From NCBI GenBank assembly GCA_963783435.1, contig CAWANQ010000014.1, positions 105,239 through 169,238 of the forward strand: a stretch of 64,000 nt of DNA, read 5' to 3'. The stretch is from an uncultured Bacteroidota bacterium. Its GTDB lineage: Bacteria > Bacteroidota > Bacteroidia > Bacteroidales > GCA-2748055. The position numbers and the translations under genes were made by a program. The notes beneath the pieces are model-generated. The model was given only the letters and a program-made list of their open reading frames with translations, made no database searches and had not been told where the DNA came from. This document shows, in pieces, positions 34,216 to 45,945 of this stretch. The first letter of the stretch is position 1; each line of letters opens with the position of its first letter.

Positions 34216-36438
34216 ATGAGATCACTTTTTTCAATTCGTTTAGGATTTCTAGGTATCTTTTTAGCAATATCCTTGTTATTGTGGGCAGCCAATTATTAGG
34301 ACAGGGCACGCTCAGGATCATGCCGCTTGGAAATTCCCTGACCGTGGGTGAAACAGGAGATCCGGATCTGCCCCCTCCTGATCAATTGACAGGGTATCGC
34401 TATGGATTGAAATATCTGTTGCAGCAGGGGGGCTACAATGTGGATTTTGTTGGAAGTCAATCGGCCGGAAGTGCTTTTTTCAGTGATCACCAGCATGCGG
34501 GTATTGGAGGATCAAGAGATCAGTATGTAGAGCGACTTCTGACTGATGGGTATGACGAGCGCAATGGAGTTCAGATTCTGAATCCACCGCGGAATTACCT
34601 GGATGAGTATTATCCGGATATCATTCTCTTGCATATTGGGACCAATGATGTGACCCATGAAAGTGACCTGATTACAAATCAGAGGGTATCAGCCATTCTG
34701 GACCTAATTGATCAATATGAGGTGCGCTCTGGCAAACCAGTTACCGTTTTTCTGGCCCTGATAATCAATCGTCGTTTACCCTGTGTCGCAGGATCGGGGT
34801 GTCAGACTACTAAAAACTGGAATGCCTTTCTTAAGGGCATGGCCCAGACACGGATCAATAATGGGGATAAAATTGTCATTGTTGATATGGAGAATGATGC
34901 AGGGATTGAGTACACCAATGTGGACTTTACGGCCGCAGATCCTCAGGGACTTCATCTAAATTCTAATGGTTATGGGAAGATGGCTGCCTTATGGTATTCT
35001 ACAATCACCAGCTATTTTAATACCCCCCCAGTGATCAGTCCAATTCCCGATCAGAGTATCAATGAAGGAGGGACATTCAGTGTGATCAACCTTGATAATT
35101 ATGTAAATGACATAGAGGACCCTGATGCTTTACTGACATGGACTACTACTTATCTTTCCACCAACAATTTGTCAGTCTCTATCGATGGGAACCGACAGGC
35201 CACAATCACACCAGTGAATCCTGCATGGTCGGGCAGTGAGTCTATTATTTTCACAGTTACAGACCAGGGTGTTAATGGGGGATTTCAGCAATCGGATTCT
35301 GATACTGTTACTTTTAGCATCAGTGCGACAAATGATCCTCCGGTGATTACCGGGCAAGTCCGATCTGAATGTTTTGGAAGATGGCAGTTTGCGGCTGAAT
35401 CTTTCCGATTTTACTGTGTATGATCCTGATCCGGATCAATCACCAGATGATCAGGTCCTGCATGTGGTGGGAGGAGAGCATTATACTTTTAGCGGAACTA
35501 CAATATATCCTGAAAAAGACTTTGATGCGGATCTATTTGTTAACGTGTATGTGAGCGACATTGTTGGGCCAGGGGTTCTTTACCAGGCGCTGGTATCTGT
35601 AACTCCCGTGAATGATCCTCCGGTATATTTAAGCCATACCGACATCAATTTTAATGAGGATGAAAGCTATACAGTCACTTTCAGTCATATTGAAGCTACA
35701 GATGTGGATAATGATCCATCTGAACTTCAGATCATCATGAGGCCAGGGAATGATCACACCATTGAAGGGACATGTAGTTATTCCTGATCCCAATTTCTTT
35801 GGCGAATCTATATATTGAAACCCATGTGGAAGATCCGTCAGGAGAGAAGAGTGCTACATTCAACCTGATTGCGCAAGTTAATCCCGTTAATGACCTTCCC
35901 GAGTTTGTCACCGAGCCCGAGGATACTGCATATACTGAAGAATCATACATATATCCTTTCAATGCTGAAGATGGTGATGGAGGGGAAATTAGTCTATACA
36001 GTAATCGATAAGCCGGAGTGGATGACCTACTATCCCAATTCCAGACTACTGGCCGGAATTCCAACAGTCGCTGATATAGGATATGCCCATGTGAAGATCA
36101 GGGCCACAGATGGAGATGTAATTGTGGACCAGGAATTCTATATGCATGTATTGGAGGGGACTACTGCTGCAATTTCAGTGGAGTTACAGGATGAACCCTA
36201 TATATATCCAAATCCTGCCAACAGTGCTTTCATTGTTCACTATAATGATCAGATGGAAGATGGGTTATTCAAGCTTTATGATTACCTGGGTAAACTGATG
36301 ACAGAACAGCATCTGTATGAGGGAACTGAGAATAATTTTAACACCGGGGATCTAAATCTGAGCCCGGGAATCTATCTCTATACAATTCAAAGTGGAGTGG
36401 AGCTATACTCTGGTAAGCTAATCATTCAAAACCATTAG
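34216..36438 (+). CDS. T9SS-secreted SGNH/GDSL esterase-like protein with cadherin-like repeats (several frameshifts)
   Basis: RIMPLGNSLT, VDFVGSQ, PDIILLHIGTND, GLHLNSNGY; NDPP repeats; YIYPNPA...PGIYLY...GKLII CTD. Confidence 0.82.
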
Positions 36439-36459
36439 TGGTTAAAATGAACTCATTTT

Positions 36460-37899
36460 ATGCTCTTTAATTCCCTCCAGTTTGTATTCTTCTTTCCCAT
36501 TGTAGTTGCAGCATATTTTGCTTTAAATCCAAAGTACCGCTGGATTCTGCTCCTGCTGGCCAGCTACTATTTTTACATGTGCTGGAACTACAAGTACATT
36601 GTTCTGATCATCCTTTCGACAGTGGTGGACTATTTTGCCGGGATTATTCTTCATAAAACAGAACGACGAAGGCTCAGGATCCTGGTCCTGATGGCCAGTC
36701 TGGCTACCAACCTGGGATTGCTATTCTTTTTTAAGTACTTCAATTTCTTTGGCGAATCGGTTAATTATCTGCTGGATAAGGTCAATATATTTTACAATGT
36801 TCCGGCCTATGATTTTTTACTGCCGGTTGGGATCTCTTTCTATACATTCCAGACATTAAGTTATACCATCGATATTTATAAGAGGAAGCAGGAACCTGAA
36901 TACCATTTTGGCCGTTTTGCCCTTTTTGTTTCCTTTTTTCCGCAGCTGGTTGCTGGTCCCATCGAACGATCGGTAAACCTATTACCCCAATTTAGTAAGG
37001 TCTATACCTTCGAGTATGAGCGGGTGAAGAATGGTCTGCTGCTGATGGGTTGGGGATTCTTTAAGAAGGTTGTTATCGCCGACAGACTGGCCGAATATGT
37101 AAATATGGTCTATAACAATCCTCAGGATTTTGCAGGCCTCCATAACATCATCGCCACCTTCTTCTTCTCCTTCCAGATCTATTGCGATTTCTCGGGTTAT
37201 TCTGATATTGCCATCGGTGCTGCCCTGGTCCTGGGATATAAGCTTATGACCAACTTCAGAAGACCCTATTTCTCGCAGAATATTCGTGAATTCTGGACAA
37301 GGTGGCATATTTCCCTCTCTACCTGGTTTCGCGATTATGTCTATATCTCTCTGGGTGGAAACAGCGTGGTAAAATGGAGATGGTATTACAACCTGTTTAT
37401 TACCTTCCTTGTGAGTGGATTATGGCATGGAGCTGAGTGGACATTTGTTATATGGGGGGCCATTCACGGACTCTACCTGGTTATCGCCATTGTTACACTT
37501 AAGTACAGGGAAGCTATCAATGATTGGATTGGCATTAGCAAATTCCCAGGTCTGTATAAACTTGTCCAGATCCTGATTACCTTTGTTCTGGTCTACTTTT
37601 CATGGATATTCTTCAGGGCCAGTGATTTATCGGAGGCGATTTTAATCCTTAAAAACCATTTCGTATTTGAACATCATAGCGCCATAAACCTATTTCAGGA
37701 TCCCTGCAGATTTCTATATCTCATTTGTGAGCATTTTTGTATTGCTTTTGCTTGATTTCTCGGAAGAGCGATTTATGATCTCGCACAAATCAGGAAATTA
37801 CCCATTTATCTGAAGTGGGGCCTTCTGTTACTCTTTATTTCGGTGATATTTTTATTTGGCGTCTGGAATGAGGCGGACTTTCTTTATTTTCAGTTTTAG
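36460..37899 (+). CDS. MBOAT O-acyltransferase (AlgI/DltB family), frameshift near 37700
   Basis: MLFNS, LPVGISFYTFQ, FFPQLVAGPIER, YCDFSGYSDIAIG, FWTRWHISLS, SGLWHGA; C-terminal FLYFQF*. Confidence 0.93.
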
Positions 37900-37908
37900 A
37901 TATTAGCG

Positions 37909-38993
37909 ATGAAAGAAAGAATACTATACTGGGCAATTATGATTTCAGGCATTTTTAGCCTGTTTATCTATATTGGGACTCGTTTTCTGCCTCTTATGAA
38001 TGTGGTTCTGGTTGAGAAGATGAACGTTGAGTTGGCGGAGTTTACTAAATATGGAGATCTTTATTACAACAATTGTATAGATAACTTTAAAGAGGATCTG
38101 CCCGAGCAGTTGAGGCCCTACAGGTTGTCAGAAAGGAATCCTGAAGTGAATGATGCTCAGGTGCTCACATATGGGGATAGTTATTTTAATGTATCCTTTC
38201 AGAAAACCCTTCCCGAACGATTAACTGATACATTGAACGTAGGAGTCTTCTCCTACAATACACAGGATCCCACCCAGTCAAATCCATTCTGCCTGCTTAA
38301 TCAGCTGGCTTATAAAAAGACAGATAAGCCCAGGGTATTTATTTTAGAGTCGGCAGAGAGGAATATCCCCACAAAATATGGTGAACCATATGATGTTAAT
38401 TGTGAGGAGGTTTATGTGGCCCACAAAACTTTTCGAGCCAAACTATTGCACGAATATATTTTTAAGTCCAGTGCAGAGCAGCTATTCAATCTGGTATTAA
38501 AGAGAAGTTATCTGACCTCAGGGATTTATTCAAAATTCTCTACCTGAAATTTAACTGGTTTGGCACCATATCTTCACTTACTCCGGTCTATAAGGATTCT
38601 CCAGATGATCCCTGGCTATTTTATAATAAATCTATGGACAATGGCCCAGGCAGCTTTAATTATGATTTTACCTCTGATGAGATTGAGAGCTATGCAAGTA
38701 ATTTGGCTAAATTGGCAGACAACTTAAAACAGACTTTCAATCTGGAAATGATATTTATGGCTGTGCCAAATAAGTATACCCTTTACAGTGGTAAAGTAAA
38801 TAATGACCTTACAAGGGATTTATACCCGCTCTTCAGGAGGCTCTCGATCGAAAAGGAGGTAAAATATGTTGATCTGTACTCCAGCTTTAGTACTGCAAAT
38901 GAAGTTTTATACTATGGAACGGATACGCACTGGAACAAACCAGGAGTGGATATTGCACTGGATCTTACACTCCGGCATTGGGAGAGTAACTAG
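37909..38993 (+). CDS. AlgJ/AlgX-like SGNH O-acetyltransferase partner (frameshift near 38545)
   Basis: N-terminal anchor; YGDSY, ESAER, VPNKY, YYGTDTHWN; directly after the MBOAT gene. Confidence 0.75.
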
Positions 38994-39031
38994 GCAGGAT
39001 TGATAATAATTGACAAATTAAATAGAAAACA

Positions 39032-39961
39032 ATGAACCATTAGTATCCATAGCTGTACCAGTCTATAACGGAGAAGAATACCTTTCGAGAGTGTCTGGAA
39101 AGCATTTTAATCAAACATATTCCAATTGGGATTGTGTAATCGTAAATAATCAAAGTACGGATCAATCCCTTGCTATAGCCGAAGGTTTCGTTAAAAAGGA
39201 CAAGCGATTCAGGGTGGTCACAAATCCTGAATTTGTAGATATGATCACGAATTTCAACAATACCTATAAATATTCAAATGAATCGAAATATTTTAAAGTA
39301 GTCTGTGCTGATGACTGGATCTTCCCGCAGCATTTGACGGAAATGGTCAATTTATTGGAAGAAATCCTCAGGCAGGTGTATGTTCTTCCTACCGCATAGA
39401 TCATACCTCAGTTAAATTTGGAGGATTGAACTACTATGATGGTCCTGTTTTTGATGGGAAGGAAGTTTTGAAGAAACAACTGCTTTACCAAATGGATAAT
39501 TTAATGGGTTCAGAAACGACCATATTAATCAGAACTGAAACCTTAAAGAAACTATCTGGATACCCAGCAATCTATGCGCCAGGAGAATTATCATTTCGAT
39601 ACTTCTCAGGCTTATGAATTACTTAGTATATCTGATCTGGCATTTGTTTTTCAGGTGACCAGTTATACCAGAAGAAGCGAACAAACCTACACAAGTCAGT
39701 ATTCTAACAGGTTTTCTACCCATTTAAATTTGCGGGAGAAAGAATTGTTTAAATACAAAAGCAGTATGGCCGGAATTGGAAAAAGAATATAAAAAGGAGC
39801 GGGAACGTATGGATATTTCTTATTCAAAAGTCGATTGAAGGGGGATAAAGAGTGTATCGAATGGCATAACAAGCAGATGGATAGAGAGAGGAAATTCACT
39901 TTAAGAGAGCAGTTGCTTTACGTCTTAAGTGTAAATATAAAGAAGTTTAGAAGATCCTAAG
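39032..39961 (+). CDS. Glycosyltransferase family 2 (multiple frameshifts; ends approximate)
   Basis: PLVSIAVPVYNGEEYL, NQTYSNW, NNQSTD, VCADDW. Confidence 0.8.
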
Positions 39962-39974
39962 TGGGGAGAAGATT

Positions 39975-41416
39975 ATGAGCTTCCGAAAGTCTTTGTTTAA
40001 GAACATTGTCATACTTGGTGGATATAGTTATACCACTCAGATTATTGCCTTTTTAGGGACCATTGTATTATCCCGTTTATTGCTACCTGAGGAGTACGGT
40101 TTCGTCGCACTGATTACAGTATTTACAGGATTTATTAGTCAATTTTCAGATGCAGGTCTCTCCTACATCATCGTTCGAAGTGATTTTAGGGAACAGTTTT
40201 ATAAGATGATGCACTATCTGTCATTTGTGATCGGTGTGATATTGTTTATAATTGTTGTATCCCTGGCCTATCCAATCTCTTTGTTTTATAAGGATAGTGC
40301 ACTTATTTTGCCTACGATTGTAATGTCTGTTAACTTTATTCTGCGCTCCCTAATCACTATCCCATATGGCATTCTTTCAAAGCAACTTAAATTTAATAGT
40401 CTGGGCTCCATTGAATTAATCTGTTCAACCACTGAGGTTGCTCTGATGATTATTCTGGCATATTTTAAGTTTTCATATTGGGCCCTGATTTTCCCCAGCA
40501 TATTAGGAAGTATTGTCAGGATCATTTTATTCTATAAAAAGACTGGACTAAAATTCAGGCTTCTAAAGCGGAAGTACCTTATAGTCGGTTTTAGAAAGGC
40601 GAAGAGCATTATTGGCAACCTCACGGGCTTTAATATGTTAAATTACTGGTCCAGAAACACCGATAATCTGATTATTGGAAAGTTCTATGGTGCTGATAGC
40701 CTTGGGATCTACAACAGAGCTTATAAGTTACTAAAAATGGTCACTGGTATTATGACCGGTCTGTTTGGGAAAGTACTCTATCCAAGCTTGAAGGATCTAT
40801 CGACCAAAGGTGGTGATGTGAATAAGGAATACCTGAATCTTCTGGGGATTATCAGCCTGATTAATTTTCCGGTAGCCATGATATTTATTTTCTTTTCCGA
40901 ACCACTGGTTCGGATACTCTGGTCAGAAACCTGGATAAAAGTAGCAGAGTTATTGCCATTTATTGGAATTCTTATTCTCACCCAAACTCTGAATTCAACA
41001 ACGGGAAATATATTTATTTTACTGGGCAAAGAGAGAACCTTATTTCGCATTGGCATTCCTACAAGTATCATAATCATCCTTGCAATTCTAGGAGGGGCCC
41101 TTCATTTCCTATGTCCATGTCCTGATTTTTTATACTATTGCCTTTGTTTGTATTGATATTCCAATCGTTTTATACTATGGATTCAAAAAAACATTTGGGT
41201 TTGAAACCAAAGTTATTCTCAACTTTTGGGTGCCAAAATTGGGATTATCTACGATTATGATCCTATCGGTATGGCTCAAAATTCCAATGGATCACCTCAT
41301 TGTCAGCTGCAGTATATTTAATCCATTTGATTATCATGCAAAGACATGATATCGGAAAAACATATGGTTTTTTAAAGAAAAAATTTCATTCAATCTCACG
41401 GAAATCTACTATATAA
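39975..41416 (+). CDS. wzx: Oligosaccharide flippase (Wzx), frameshifted in the 3' part
   Basis: IVLSRLLLPEEYG, NTDNLIIGKFYGADSLGIYNRAY; many TM segments. Confidence 0.88.
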
Positions 41417-41422
41417 CTTTGT

Positions 41423-42586
41423 TTGATGAAACATCCGAAATATAAGCCGGTCATTGTGGTAGTGGCCTATAACAGGCCTGTATCTTTGAAGAGAATTTTG
41501 TCTTCGCTTAAGAATTCAAGAAATATTTCAGATGTAAGCCTAATTATTAGTATTGACCACAAAGCTCCGGAAAACAATGATGTACTTGAGATAGCTAATA
41601 GCTTTGAGTGGCCATTTGGTGAAAAGGAAGTTATTTATCAGGAGGAATCGCTGGGATTAAGAAAACATATCATCAAGTGTGGTGATCTTTCAATGAAGTA
41701 TGGTTCAGTGATAATACTTGAGGATGACCTTTACGTTTCCCCCTATTTCTATGAATATGCCTGTGAGGCCCTTGATTTTTATGATGAAGATCTATGTATA
41801 GCAGGCATCTCTCTTTACAATCAAGCTATAGAGGAGATTACAGGGTTGCCATTCAGACCTATAAGTGATGATTCGGATGTATACTTTCTTCAACATCCTT
41901 CCTCTTGGGGGCAAGCCTGGACCAGTGCACAATGGGGGAAATTTAAGAATTGGTACCTGACAGATCCCGATTTGTTTCAAATACAAATGCCTGATTTCAT
42001 TCGACGGCGATGGCCTGAAACATCATGGAAGAAATATTTCTGTGGATACCTGGCTGCAGAAAATAAGTTTTTTGTCTATCCCAGAATTTCTTTAACAACA
42101 AACTTTAATGATCCCGGGACAAATTATAAAAGCCTGGTAAACCATGATGGACAGGCTCATTTGAAGATATTTAATGGGAAGCCTCGGTTTAAAGCCTTTT
42201 CAGATTCCAACTGCAAATATGATTCCCACCTGGAATTAACCATGGAAAGCCTTAAGAAACTCTCATCTGGATTTGATGATTATGAGCTTGAACTTGACCT
42301 CTATGGAACCAAAGATCCCAGGGATATAAAAAGTTCATTTGTTATCACGTCAAAACCATCCTCAAATCCCATAAAGGGATTTAAAAGGGCGCTTAAGCCC
42401 CATGATATGAATATTATTATGGAGCTCCCCGGTGAAGATATTTGTTTGAGTAAAACTGAAGACGTTTTGCCCGTAAAGGATAAGCACAGTTGGAAAACAG
42501 ATAACTATAAATACTTCTATTCAAGGAAGAAAATCGGGATTAAGACGCAGCTTTACAATCATTTTTTAAGATTATTTGAACGGTAA
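41423..42586 (+). CDS. GT-A fold glycosyltransferase-like protein
   Basis: VVVAYNRP, LIISID, VIILEDDL, SSWGQAW. Confidence 0.75.
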   Translation: MMKHPKYKPVIVVVAYNRPVSLKRILSSLKNSRNISDVSLIISIDHKAPENNDVLEIANSFEWPFGEKEVIYQEESLGLRKHIIKCGDLSMKYGSVIILEDDLYVSPYFYEYACEALDFYDEDLCIAGISLYNQAIEEITGLPFRPISDDSDVYFLQHPSSWGQAWTSAQWGKFKNWYLTDPDLFQIQMPDFIRRRWPETSWKKYFCGYLAAENKFFVYPRISLTTNFNDPGTNYKSLVNHDGQAHLKIFNGKPRFKAFSDSNCKYDSHLELTMESLKKLSSGFDDYELELDLYGTKDPRDIKSSFVITSKPSSNPIKGFKRALKPHDMNIIMELPGEDICLSKTEDVLPVKDKHSWKTDNYKYFYSRKKIGIKTQLYNHFLRLFER

Positions 42587-42588
42587 AA

Positions 42589-43812
42589 TTGAATTGCATG
42601 GAGTTGAAACGGATAAATAACCTCTTGGTATTATTCATTATATTCTGCTCAACTGCATTTTATAATTTTTCCATTCTGGGTCGCTTGCCCAAAGTTGCTG
42701 AATTGGCAGGATCTATGCTAATACTCTTTCTCATTGTATTTTATATTGTTTATTCGGAAGAGAGGAGCATACGAAGATACTTTATTGTCCCTGTTTCACT
42801 TATTCTATTTTCCATAATTATCAGCATGTTTATGGCCAATTATAGCAGAGGACAAAGTTTCTTTCAGACCATGTATGCACAAAATGCCATGTATTTTTAC
42901 CTCTTCTATATTTTACTCCATAAAATGAAAATAAGGCCTGGGGACCTGGAGAAAATGTTTATTGGTTTAGGTTTGCTTTTTGTGGTATTGTATCTGATCC
43001 AATATGTATTATATCCAAAGCTTATTTTTGATGCATATATTCGGGAACAGCGGGGCACTATCAGGATATATATGCAAGGTTCTAATTATATGACTGTTGC
43101 ATTCTATTTTAGTGTGCAGTATTTCTTTCGCACACACAAGGTAAAATACCTTATCCCCTTGTTGATCATCTTTACGGTTATCGTAATGAATGGGGGCCGA
43201 TCAACCATGGCTGTGTATGTGATAATTGTAGTTTTGTTCCTTTTTATAGATAAAAAGGTAAAGTCAAGATTATTACTATTTATCTTAAGCCTGGTTGGAG
43301 CATTTGCGATTTTCCTGATTTTCAGAGATATTTTTAATGCCCTGATTCTTCAATCGAAGAGTGATGCTCAAATGGGTACAGATTATATCCGATTTAAAGC
43401 AGCTGGTTACTTCTTAACAGATTTTTTCAAAAATTCTGCTTCCTACATCACTGGAAATGGAACCTTTTCTGGAGATTCTCGTTATGGGAAAGAAATAGAA
43501 TATATTGCTTTACGACATCAATACTATCTGGGAGATATCGGTCTCATTGGAAACTATGTCATCTACGGTGCCTTTTTCCTGATGGGTGTGCTTACCATAT
43601 GTGTAAAGGCCTTAAGAATTCGTGTGGAGCAACGATATGTCTATATAAAATATATGTTTATTTCTGTTATTCTTTCACTGTTCACCAGTGCAGCATTTGC
43701 TGAACCCGATTATATCGTTTTATTCTGTTGTGCAATGTATATTTTTGATGTTTCGAAGTTCAATCTTAAAAAGGAACAAGAGGTGAAAGAAGGTAGTCGA
43801 AAAAACAATTAA
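42589..43812 (+). CDS. wzy: Polysaccharide polymerase (Wzy)
   Basis: About 10-11 hydrophobic segments with an Arg-containing loop (GGRS...YIRF...GNG...DIGLIG) inside a Wzx/GT locus. Confidence 0.72.
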   Translation: MNCMELKRINNLLVLFIIFCSTAFYNFSILGRLPKVAELAGSMLILFLIVFYIVYSEERSIRRYFIVPVSLILFSIIISMFMANYSRGQSFFQTMYAQNAMYFYLFYILLHKMKIRPGDLEKMFIGLGLLFVVLYLIQYVLYPKLIFDAYIREQRGTIRIYMQGSNYMTVAFYFSVQYFFRTHKVKYLIPLLIIFTVIVMNGGRSTMAVYVIIVVLFLFIDKKVKSRLLLFILSLVGAFAIFLIFRDIFNALILQSKSDAQMGTDYIRFKAAGYFLTDFFKNSASYITGNGTFSGDSRYGKEIEYIALRHQYYLGDIGLIGNYVIYGAFFLMGVLTICVKALRIRVEQRYVYIKYMFISVILSLFTSAAFAEPDYIVLFCCAMYIFDVSKFNLKKEQEVKEGSRKNN

Positions 43813-43823
43813 AGTGAATTAAT

Positions 43824-44747
43824 ATGAAATACAAGATAGCATTTGTCATACCGGTGCATAATCGATTGGGTTACAATAAGGAGTGTCTTCAGATTTTAGA
43901 TCAACAGAAAGAGACTAAATTCTTCCAGAATAATGAAATAGAGATTATTGTAGTTGATGACGGTTCTACCGATGGTACGGGTGACTGGATTCGCCAAAAC
44001 AAGAAAGATGTGACCGTTCTTCAGGGTGATGGGAATCTCTGGTACAGTGGAAGTATGAACCTTGGAATGAGGTATGCATTCGAGCATTTCGATAGTGACT
44101 TTATCATGGTCTGGGAAAATGATATATTTCCAGTTGATGGTTATTATGATAATCTTCAGGACATTCTTGAAGGATGGGATGAAAACACATTAATTTGCTC
44201 AAAGCTTTATTATCGAGTTCAACCGGATACAATCTTCGGTATGGGTGGTACTTTTGATCCAAAAACCGGACGTAAAAGACTAATTGGCAGGGCAAAGCCT
44301 GACGGTCCTGAATATCAGGAGGACAGGGAGGTTGATTGGTTTCTTGGACAGGGTGTGCTAATCCACAAGGATATTATTGCAAAAGTAGGCTACCTTGATG
44401 AGAAGAACTTCCCTCAGTATCATGCAGATGTTGACTACTCTTTAAGAGTCAGGTATGCAGGTTACAAGAATATCGTTTATCACAACCTAAAGCTTTTGAA
44501 CGATACATCCATGACCGGAATCTCTCATAAAAAGGATAAGTCCCTGAAGGACTTTATTGATAGTCTTACTTCCCTTCGTTCAAACCAGAATATCAGAAAA
44601 GATCTGAAGTTTCTTCGAATTCATACCACCGGTCTTTTAGCGTATAAGTCTCTAATCAGGAATTACTCTATATATACCGGCAGTTTTATTAAGTGGAAGG
44701 TTCTTGGATGGTTTGGCAAAAGGAAGGTCAATGAGGAGATTTTTTAG
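43824..44747 (+). CDS. Glycosyltransferase family 2
   Basis: FVIPVHNR, VVDDGSTDGT, GNLWYSG, ADVDYSLR. Confidence 0.9.
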   Translation: MKYKIAFVIPVHNRLGYNKECLQILDQQKETKFFQNNEIEIIVVDDGSTDGTGDWIRQNKKDVTVLQGDGNLWYSGSMNLGMRYAFEHFDSDFIMVWENDIFPVDGYYDNLQDILEGWDENTLICSKLYYRVQPDTIFGMGGTFDPKTGRKRLIGRAKPDGPEYQEDREVDWFLGQGVLIHKDIIAKVGYLDEKNFPQYHADVDYSLRVRYAGYKNIVYHNLKLLNDTSMTGISHKKDKSLKDFIDSLTSLRSNQNIRKDLKFLRIHTTGLLAYKSLIRNYSIYTGSFIKWKVLGWFGKRKVNEEIF

Positions 44748-44756
44748 CAATCCCAG

Positions 44757-45941
44757 ATGACAATGAAAATTCTCTCTATCTCCAGTATTCTACCTATTCA
44801 TGATCTTCTGCCTCATAACGATTTTATATTTCAGACTTACCTCAATTATAAAAAGCAATTTATAGAGGATGAAATCACAATTATAAAACCGATTAAATAT
44901 GATTTCAATCTGTTCACTATTCTGAAAGGAGCTACAAGACTAGGAAAATTGAAGAAAAAATACACATGGGAGATTAATGGCTTTCATGTGGAGATTTTTC
45001 CATTTTTTTCTTCATGGGGATTGAGGAATCTGCACTCACTGCTTACAAGGTCAATACTTTTAATAAATAGCAAGCGGATAAAACAACTCATATCGTCTAG
45101 AAAATTTGATGTCATTCATGCCCAGTATATTTATCCAGATGGAGTATTGGCGTATCAACTGAACAAAAAATTTGGAATTCCATACTTTGTAACTTCTCAC
45201 CATGAGCGGTATTTCTTTGATAGCTATTTTTCGAAACGGATGGCCTTAAAAATATTCAATAATGCTTCCAAGGTTCTTCCAATCAATCACACCAATGCGC
45301 TATATTTTGAGTCATTGGGTGTGAGTAATATTGAGCTTACACCTCTTGGGTTTAATGAGAATTTTCTAAGAGAGCAGAAGCAAATAACAACCAGTAAGCT
45401 CAGCATCTTTACTGTATCTGTACTCATACCCTTGAAGAATATTGATAAGGTTATTCGGGCGATTGGGAAGTTGATATCAAAATATGAGATATCCTATACC
45501 ATAATTGGGAAGGGGCCTGAAAAGGAGAATCTTGTAAAGCTGGTTGGTGATCTCCATCTTAATGAACATGTAAAATTTGTGGACCACATTCCCCATGATA
45601 AAATATCGGATCAAATGTACAAGCATGATGTATTTATTATGCCAAGCTATTTTGAAACTTTTGGTCGGGTATACTTCGAATGTATGGCTATGGGAATTCC
45701 TGTGATATGTGCAAGGAATTCTGGGATTCATGGATTGTTTAAAGAAAAGGAGGAGGGCCTTTCAGTACATCATGAAAATATTGATGAAATTGCTCAAGCT
45801 CTGGAATACTTAATAAGCCATCCCAGGGAGCGTATTGAAATTGGATTAAGAGGGCAGAAACTGGTGAGGAATTATACATGGGATGAGATAGCAAAAGATT
45901 TACATATTAAGTATCTGAACAGTATTCAAGAAAAAGGATAG
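44757..45941 (+). CDS. Glycosyltransferase family 4
   Basis: DVIHAQ, KNID, IIGKGPE, FIMPSYFETFGRVYFECMAMG. Confidence 0.92.
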   Translation: MTMKILSISSILPIHDLLPHNDFIFQTYLNYKKQFIEDEITIIKPIKYDFNLFTILKGATRLGKLKKKYTWEINGFHVEIFPFFSSWGLRNLHSLLTRSILLINSKRIKQLISSRKFDVIHAQYIYPDGVLAYQLNKKFGIPYFVTSHHERYFFDSYFSKRMALKIFNNASKVLPINHTNALYFESLGVSNIELTPLGFNENFLREQKQITTSKLSIFTVSVLIPLKNIDKVIRAIGKLISKYEISYTIIGKGPEKENLVKLVGDLHLNEHVKFVDHIPHDKISDQMYKHDVFIMPSYFETFGRVYFECMAMGIPVICARNSGIHGLFKEKEEGLSVHHENIDEIAQALEYLISHPRERIEIGLRGQKLVRNYTWDEIAKDLHIKYLNSIQEKG

Positions 45942-45945
45942 AACT

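Noticed and set aside
20711-41416. Programmed frameshifting, phase variation or stop-codon recoding
   Set aside because: The breaks are frame changes at scattered short homopolymers in many unrelated genes, not in-frame stops or long SSR tracts; sequencing error is simpler.
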